Shown piece by piece: positions 56,549-64,000 of a DNA stretch of 64,000 nucleotides (the stretch's first letter is position 1; every line of letters starts with the position of its first letter). A program made the translations under genes and the position numbers. This stretch comes from Eledone cirrhosa (Eukaryota): positions 44,950,001-45,014,000 of the forward strand of contig OZ024751.1 of assembly GCA_964016885.1 (NCBI GenBank). Reading direction: 5' to 3'. The notes below the pieces were generated by a model. That model did no database searches. It was not told the origin of the DNA and saw only the letters and a program-made list of their open reading frames with translations.

Positions 56549-58516
56549 TTTTCTCTTTCTCTTAATTTCGAGTATATTTTTTTGACCGGCCACCTTCCTG
56601 GTGGCAAGGTTGTAAAAGAAAAGAAATTGTCATCCCTTGAATCGCAAGAATGTTTTGCATATTTTGAAGGTGCCAGCTATCGCAGCCATTTGTAGACTAT
56701 GAATTAGGGAGCTGCGCTTTTTGTCCGCAAATCCAAGTTCGGTCATACTTTGGTCCAAGCGGGTTGGTATATAACCCGTAGCACCAATAATGATGGGTAT
56801 GAAGCTAAAGGTGTATCTTGGATACTGGATTTGTAAGCTCCTCATCAATGGTCCGTAGATGTCCTCCTTCTCCTGTATTTTTCTGACAACGTTTACATCA
56901 AGTGGGCAGCTGATCTCCACAACAGAACACGTTTTCAATGTGTGGTCCCAAACTACAATATCAGGCCGGTTGTGCTTTAATTTGGTGGCAGTTTTTATTT
57001 TCAGGTTCCACCAGTATTCCTTAGTGCCATCTGTCTCAATATATTCTTCCTCGTTTGTTGTTAATTTTGTTTTCCGAAGTGCGTTCCAGATAGTTCTAGC
57101 TATCCCATCGTGTCTCATGGGAGGTAGTAGCGAGATGACATTCTTTCGCAGCTGGCAACAATGTGGCTTACATCCTCGATCTTTGTTTTACATAGCCTAC
57201 ATTTATTGTCAGCTGCTGGCCCTCCTCTTTTGTGCAGCAGATATTTGGTAGGGAGTTCTTGTTCCTGTATTGCATAGAGATATCCTTCAAGGTGTGATGT
57301 CATAAACTTGTCGGAACTCCATGCCAGGCTTTTTGAGTGGTTTATCCCCTCTATGGTCTGTGTTTTACGCCTCAAGTATCCATGCACAACTTTCTCTGTA
57401 AATTGGTCAATTTTTTTTTCTTGTTTGAACATTGAATAGGATCTTCCGATTTCTCTGGGTGAGAGATTTATATCAGGCTTTATTCCATATCTCTCCTCCA
57501 GATCAGTCGCTATTCTAATGATATTTCTTTTTTCATGCTCATAAACCTGAGCAAGATGGTCGCCAACCTTTTTCCTCTGTTGAAGGTGTTGCTTCAGTGT
57601 TACTATCCGGGTCTCATATGTTGTTAATATTGATTTTAGACCCCGGCCACCTTCCTTGCGTGAGAAGTATAGCCTATCCACATCACCATTGATGTTAAAG
57701 TTCCCAGTAACACTGAGAAGTTTACGAGTTCTAACATCCATCTCACTTAGTTCTTGCAATGACCAGTTCAGTAGGCCAAATGTTGGCGTTAGAATTGGCA
57801 CAGCATAGGTATTGTGGGCAATGTATTTGTTGTATGCTGACAGTTCTGATGACCATATTTTTTTTACTCTTCTGAGGTATTCAGTTCTGGTTCTCTCCTT
57901 ATTTATGGGTCCATCATATCTGACATTCTCATCCTGTCCAAGATATCTGTAGTTGTCACCTGACTGCAGAGGTTGTATTGTCAGGCCGTTCATATCTAGA
58001 TTTCTAGAGGAGGGCACAGCTCTTCCACGTTTTACTGCCAAATATGCACACTTGGACTCACCAAATTTCATTTTGATGTCGGTTGAAAATTGTGTAATGA
58101 GGTCCAATTGTTTCTTGATGTCATTGATATTTGGCCCATACAACTTCAGGTCATCAACAAAGAAAAGATGGGAGATACTTCTGGGCCCACTTCTTTGTCC
58201 ACCTTGTTTCCTGAGTAGGTAAGATAGTGGATTCAGTGAGAGAACGAAGAGTAGTACTGACAAGCTATCACCCTGAAAGATGCCCTTCTGGTAATGTATC
58301 CTATCAGTCTTAACCTGCTCCTTCTCACCTCTAAGGATCAAATTGGTGTACCAGTTCTTGGTCAGGCGTTCAACAGCAGCTACTAATGGTTGTGGGACTT
58401 TAGCTAATTGTAAAGCCTTAATAATCCACCCATGAGGTACACTATCAAATGCTTTTTGATAGTCCAGCCACACGACAGTCATGTTTCTGCGATTCTTTGT
58501 TGTTTTTTCCTGAATC
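56549..58516 (-). mobile_element. 5'-truncated non-LTR retrotransposon with RT, CCHC-like finger and restriction-like endonuclease (R4/Dong-like), in (CATA)n
   Basis: WLDYQKAFDSVPH, GIFQGDSLS, LFFVDDLKL, YRYLG, CRLC..HIVASC, RHD, NRPD, EISCP..K..Y; a single 1-nt frameshift at ~57118; (CATA)n on both sides. Confidence 0.9.
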
Positions 58517-58543
58517 ATGTATGTATGTATGTATGTATGTGTG

Positions 58544-58577
<34 letters not shown>

Positions 58578-58755
58578 TGTATGTATGTATGTATGTATGT
58601 TCTTCTGGTTTTATAATTTCACAATTTTTTTTCCAAATAGAGAGAGAGTCGGTTTCTAACATAGACACAAGACTCTCTCATTGGAATTTACACAACATCA
58701 ACTAGGTAGATTATGTATGTATGCATGCATGTGTAGATATGGATGTTATTGTATG

Positions 58756-58909
58756 AAAAGGTAAAGGAAAAAAGAGTGCTCTATGTATTGTACAGAGTTA
58801 TTTAATTACATAATAAACAACACAATTTAATTATTTCATTACCGAAGGTTTCAAGAAACTACAGGATTCTTGCAAGGAACATCGAGTTCATTCGTCAAAC
58901 AAAATAATT
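58756..58909 (-). mobile_element. Family A element with degenerate hammerhead (core TTGACGA) at 58829-58909
   Basis: AATTATTTTGT-tTGACGA..GAA-ACC-ttc-GGT-A-ATGAAATAATT (11-bp stem I). Confidence 0.7.
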
Positions 58910-59239
58910 ATTTATATGTATGTATGTTCTTCTGGTTTTATAATTTCACAAATGTTTACCAATAGAGAGAGAGTCGGTTTCTAACATAGACACAAGACTC
59001 TCTCATTGGAATGTACACATCAACTAGGTAGATTATGTCTGCATGTCTGCATGCATGTGTGTGCAGGTATGGATGTGTATGTTTTGAGTTGTATGTGTGC
59101 GTGTGTATATGCTTTGTATCTGTACATGTATACATGTATATATGCAGTTATTAGCTGTGTGTGTTATTATGTGTGTGTATATATATATATATATGTGTTT
59201 ATTGTACAAAGGCACATATGTGTGTATATATGTATATGT

Positions 59240-60612
59240 GTATGTGGTAACAGGTATGTGTGTGTTGTAACAGGTATGTGTGTGTGTATGTGGTAACAGG
59301 TATGTATGTGTGGTAACAGGTATGTGTGTGTATGTGGTAACAGGTATGTGTATGTGCATGTGGTAACAGGTATGTGTGTGTATGTGTGGTAACAGGTATG
59401 TGTGTGTGCATGTGGTAAGAGGTATGTGCGTGTGTATGTGGTAACAGGTATGTGTGTGTGGTAACAGGTATGTGTATGTGTATGTGGTAACAGGTATGTG
59501 TGTGTGCATGTGGTAAGAGGTATGTGCGTGTGTATGTGGTAACAGGTATGTGTGTGTGGTAACAGGTATGTGTGTGTGTATGTGGTAAGAGGTATATGTG
59601 TGTGTGTGTGGTAACAGGTATGTGTGTGTGTATGTGGTAACAGGTGTGTGTATGTGGTAACAGGTATGTGTGTGTGAATGTGGTAACAGGTATGTGTGTG
59701 TATGTGGTAACAGGTATGTGTGTGTGTGCGCGGTAACAGGTATGTGTGTGTGTATGTGGTAAGAGGTATGTGTGTGACTATGTGGTAACAGGTATGTGTA
59801 TGTGTATGTGGTAACAGGTATGTGTGTGTGTATGTGGTAACAGGTATGTGTATGTGTATGTGGTAACAGGTATGTGTGTGTGTGTGCGGTAACAGGTATG
59901 TGTGTGTGCATGTGGTAAGAGGTATGTGCGTGTGTATGTGGTAACAGGTATGTGTGTGTGGTAACAGGTATGTGTATGTGTATGTGGTAACAGGTATATG
60001 TGTGTGTGTGTGGTAACAGGTATGTGTGTGTGTGTATGTGGTAACAGGTGTGTGTGTGTGTATGTGGTAACAGGTATGTGTGTGTGAATGTGGTAACAGG
60101 TATGTGTGTGTATGTGGTAACAGGTATGTGTGTGTGTGTGCGGTAACAGGTATGTGTGTGTGTATGTGGTAAGAGGTATGTGTGTGTGTGTGCGGTAACA
60201 GGTATGTGTATGTGTATGTGGTAACAGGTATGTGTGTGTGTATGTGGTAACAGGTGTGTGTGTGTGTGTATGTGGTAACAGGTATGTGTATGTGGTAACA
60301 GGTATATGTGTGTGTATGTGGTAACAGGTATGTGTGTGTGTATGTGGTAACAGGTGTGTGTGTGTGTATGTGGTAACAGGTATGTGTGTGTGTATGCGGT
60401 AACAGGTATGTGTGTGTGTATGTGGTAAGAGGTATGTGTGCGTGTGTGTGCGGTAACAGGTATGTGTGTGTATATGTGGTAACAGGTATGTGTGTGTGTA
60501 TGTGGTAACAGGTATGTGTGTGTGTATGTAGTAACAGGTGTGTGTGTGTGTGTGTGTGTGGTAACAGGTATGTGTATGTGGTAACAGGTATGTGTGTGTG
60601 TATGTGGTAAGA
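59240..60612. repeat. Minisatellite: constant GGTAACAGG anchor with variable (TG)/(TA) spacers
   Basis: Dozens of anchors read directly. Confidence 0.92.
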
Positions 60613-61832
60613 TGTATGTGTGTGTATATGTCTGTCTAGCGAGGATTATGACTGTGTGTACTTATTTGTCTGGTGTTGTATAAGTGTGATTGTCTCTCTG
60701 GGATTATATGTGTGTGTGTGACTGACATGTATGTGTGTGTTTGTGTATGTGGGTGTATGTGTATGTGCGTGTATGTATGTGTGGGTGTTACTGACATATA
60801 TGTGCGTGTATGTGTGTATGTGTGTGTATGTGTGTGTAAGTGTGTGTGTGTGTATGTGTGTGTATGTGGGGGTGACTGACATGTATGTGCGTGTATGTGT
60901 GTATGTGTGTGTATGTGGGGGTGACTGACATGTATGTGCGTGTATGTGTGTATGTGTGTATGTGTGTGTATGTGTGTATGTGGGTGTATGTGTGTATGTG
61001 TGAGTATGTGTGTATGTGTGTATGGGTATGTATGTGTGTATGTGTGTGCGTATGTGTATGTGTGTATGTGTGTGTGTGTATGTGTATGTGTGTATGTGTG
61101 TGTATGTGTGTTTATGTATGACTGACATGTATGTGTGTATGTGTGTGTATGTGTATGAATGACTGACACGTATGTGTGTATGTGTCTGTCAGGCATTATG
61201 TGCGTGTGTTTACGTCTGGGGCATTATGTATCATATTATGTATAACGATGTGTATGTGTGAGTATATATGTGTGTGTGTTTTATTGTGTGTAGACGTGTG
61301 TATATACGTGCATGTGTGTCTGTGTGTGTAAGTATGTCTACCTGCATATGTGTATCTATGTTTGTGTGTGCGCGGCCATATGTGTACCTTTGAGTATACG
61401 CACATATGTGTATGCATGCGTGAGTCTGTGTTTGTATGTCTGTGTTTGTGTGTGCATGTGTGTATGTATGTGTGTGTATATGTATGTGTGTTTATGTATA
61501 TGTGTATGTATGTGTGTGTATGTATGTGTGTATATGCCTGTGCATGTGTGCACATATATATGTATATATGTATATATGTATATGTACGTGTGTACAAGTC
61601 TATGTGTGTATATATGTGTATATGTGTATGTGTATATATATGTGTGTACATGTATATGTGTACATATATATGTGTGTACATGTGCATGTGTATATATATA
61701 TGTGTGTACATGTGCATGTGTATATATATATGTGTATATGTGTGTGTGTGTACGCAGACATTTGACCTTTGCTGAATATCGGTTAAGTTGGCCCAAAGTA
61801 ATTTATCTAGTACTTAAGACACATATCTGGGT

Positions 61833-62229
61833 ATGATGGTGGTGGTGGTGGTGGTGGTGGTGGTGACAGTGGTGGTGGTGGTGGTGGTGGTGGTGACAGT
61901 GGTGGCTGTGGTGGTGGTGGTGGTGGTGGTGACAGTGGTGGTGGTGGTGGTGGTGATGTTGCTGGTGACAGTGGTGGTGGTGGTGGTGGTGGTGGTGGTG
62001 ATGATGATGGTGGTGGGTGTGGTGGTGGTGGTGGTGGTGACAGTGGTGGTGGTGGTGGTGGTGGTGGTGGTGCCAGTGGTGGTGGTGGTGATGTTGCTGG
62101 TGACAGTGGTGGTGGTGGTGGTGGTGCCAGTGGTGGTGGTGGTGGTGGTGGTGACTGGTTGGGTGGTGGATGTGGTGGTGGTGCTGACTGGTGGTGGCGG
62201 TGGTGGTGGTGGTGGTGACAGTGGTGGTG

Positions 62230-62261
<32 letters not shown>

Positions 62262-62597
62262 GGTGGTGGTGGTGGTGTTGGTGATGCTGATGGTGGTGAT
62301 TGATGGTGGTGGTGGTGGTGGTGGTGGTGGTGTTGGTGATGCTGATGGTGGTGATTGATGGTGGTGGTGGTGGTGGTGGTGCTGGTGCTGGTGCTGGTGG
62401 TGCAGGTGCTGGTGCTGGTGGTGCAGGTGCTGGTGTTTGTGATGGTGTTGGGGCTGGTGTTTGTGGTGGGGAGTGCTGGTGATGGTGGGATTGTTTATTA
62501 TGGTAGTGGTGGTGGTGGTGGTGGTGGGGATATCGTCGTCGTCGTCGTCGTCGTGTTCGTGATGCTTATGATGTTGGTAGTACTCATGTTATTGTTG

Positions 62598-62629
<32 letters not shown>

Positions 62630-62690
62630 GGTGGTGGTGGTGGTAGAGGTAGTGATAGAGGTGGTGGTGGTGTTGTTGATGGTGGTGGAG
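61833..62690. repeat. (GGT)n trinucleotide satellite
   Basis: Direct reading; GACAGT/GCCAGT interruptions. Confidence 0.92.
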
Positions 62691-62816
62691 GGGAGGTTGT
62701 ACTCTTGATAGTAAAGGAGGTTGGTAAATGAGTGTATTATTAACTACTGGGGTCGCTGCGATCGATTTAACCTTCCTTCTAATTGCTGTCCTTGTTCCTA
62801 ATTTAGTAATCATTGT

Positions 62817-63637
62817 CTAGTGTGTCCTTCCTCCCAGTAGGTGGTATTTCACTGCTATATCTAGCAGGTCAAGTGACCACATATATCTAGTGTGTCCTTC
62901 CTCCCAGTAGGAGGTATTTCACTGCTATATCTAGCAGGTCAAGTGACCACATATATCTAGTGTGTCCTTCCTCCCAGTAGGAGGGATTTCACTGCTATAT
63001 CTAGCAGGTCAAGTGACCACATATATCTAGTGTGTCCTTCCTCCCAGTAGGAGGTATTTCACTGCTATATCTAGCAGGTCAAGTGACCACATATATCTAG
63101 TGTGTCCTTCCTCCCAGTAGGAGGGATTTCACTGCTATATCTAGCAGGTCAAGTGACCACATATATATAGTGTGTCCCTCTTGTCAGTAGGAGGGATTTC
63201 ACTGCTATATCTAGCAGGTCAAGTGACCACATATATCTAGTGTGTCCCTCTTGTCAGTAGGAGGGATTTCACTGCTATATCTAGCAGGTCAAGTGACCTC
63301 ATATATCTAGTGTGTCCCTCTTGTCAGTAGGAGGTATTTCACTGCTATATCTAGCAGGTCAAGTGACCTCATATATCTAGTGTGTCCCTCTTGTCAGTAG
63401 GAGGTATTTCACTGCTATATCTAGCAGGTCAAGTGACCTCATATATCTAGTGTGTCCTTCCTCCCAGTAGGAGGGATTTCACTGCTATATCTAGCAGGTC
63501 AAGTGACAACATATATATAGTGTGTCCCTCTTGTCAGTAGGAGGTATTTCACTGCTATATCTAGCAGGTCAAGTGACCACATATATATAGTGTGTCTCTC
63601 TTGTCAGTAGGAGGGATTTCACTGCTATATCTAGCAG
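62817..63637. repeat. 70-bp minisatellite, ~11.7 copies, two unit variants
   Basis: Unit CTAGTGTGTCC(TTCCTCC/CTCTTGT)CAGTAGGAGG(T/G)ATTTCACTGCTATATCTAGCAGGTCAAGTGACCACATATAT. Confidence 0.95.
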
Positions 63638-63809
63638 ATCGGGTGGTGGAGGTAGTGGTGGTAATGGTGTTAGAAACGGTGGTGATATTGCTGGTGGTGG
63701 TGGTGGTGGTGGTGGTTGTAGTGTTAGTAGTGGTGGTAGTGTTAGTAGTGGTAGTAGTGTTAGTGCTGGCTGTGTTGATGGTGCTGTTGGTAATGGTTGT
63801 GGTAGTGGT

Positions 63810-64000
63810 TTGTTGTTGTTGTTGTCATCGTTGTTGTTGTTGTTGTCATCGTTGTTGTTGTTGTCATCGTTGTTGTTGTTGTTGTCATCGTTGTTGTTGT
63901 TGTTGTTGTCATCGTTGTTGTTGTCATCGTTGTTGTCATCGTTGTTGTTGTCATCGTTGTTGTTGTCATTGTTGTTGTTGTCATCGTTGTTGTTGTCATC
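63810..64000. repeat. (GTT)n-GTCATC repeat
   Basis: Direct reading. Confidence 0.92.

Noticed and set aside
58517-58668. N-terminus of the 517 aa RT ORF
   Set aside because: Read-through from flanking (CATA)n DNA; the LINE is 5' truncated
62817-63637. CRISPR-like array (also 26700-28125 and 59240-60612)
   Set aside because: No unique spacers, no cas genes, eukaryotic context; these are tandem repeats

Overview
Eukaryotic, extremely microsatellite-rich, gene-poor DNA. The repeat repertoire resembles a coleoid cephalopod (Octopus-like) genome; this is inference, not tested. No host protein-coding gene is recognisable, and most ORF-track entries are simple-repeat artefacts. The real coding remnants are all transposon-derived: a Penelope-like element (PLE) with GIY-YIG endonuclease, an internally deleted mariner, a young REL-endonuclease (R4/Dong-like) LINE, and Tx1/L1-like, RTE and older REL-LINE fragments. 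There are also many tRNA-derived SINEs, piggyBac- and Tc1-like MITEs, a non-autonomous Helitron and several minisatellites. The main signal, read by hand, is about 20 type I hammerhead-ribozyme (HHR) motifs from many unrelated sequence families, roughly half with intact catalytic cores. They sit in short elements embedded in (TA)n tracts. These elements are often long palindromes with a one-sided tail, and many have a self-complementary stem III. One HHR is physically contiguous with the GIY-YIG PLE. All folds were paired by eye, and coordinates of degenerate repeats are approximate.
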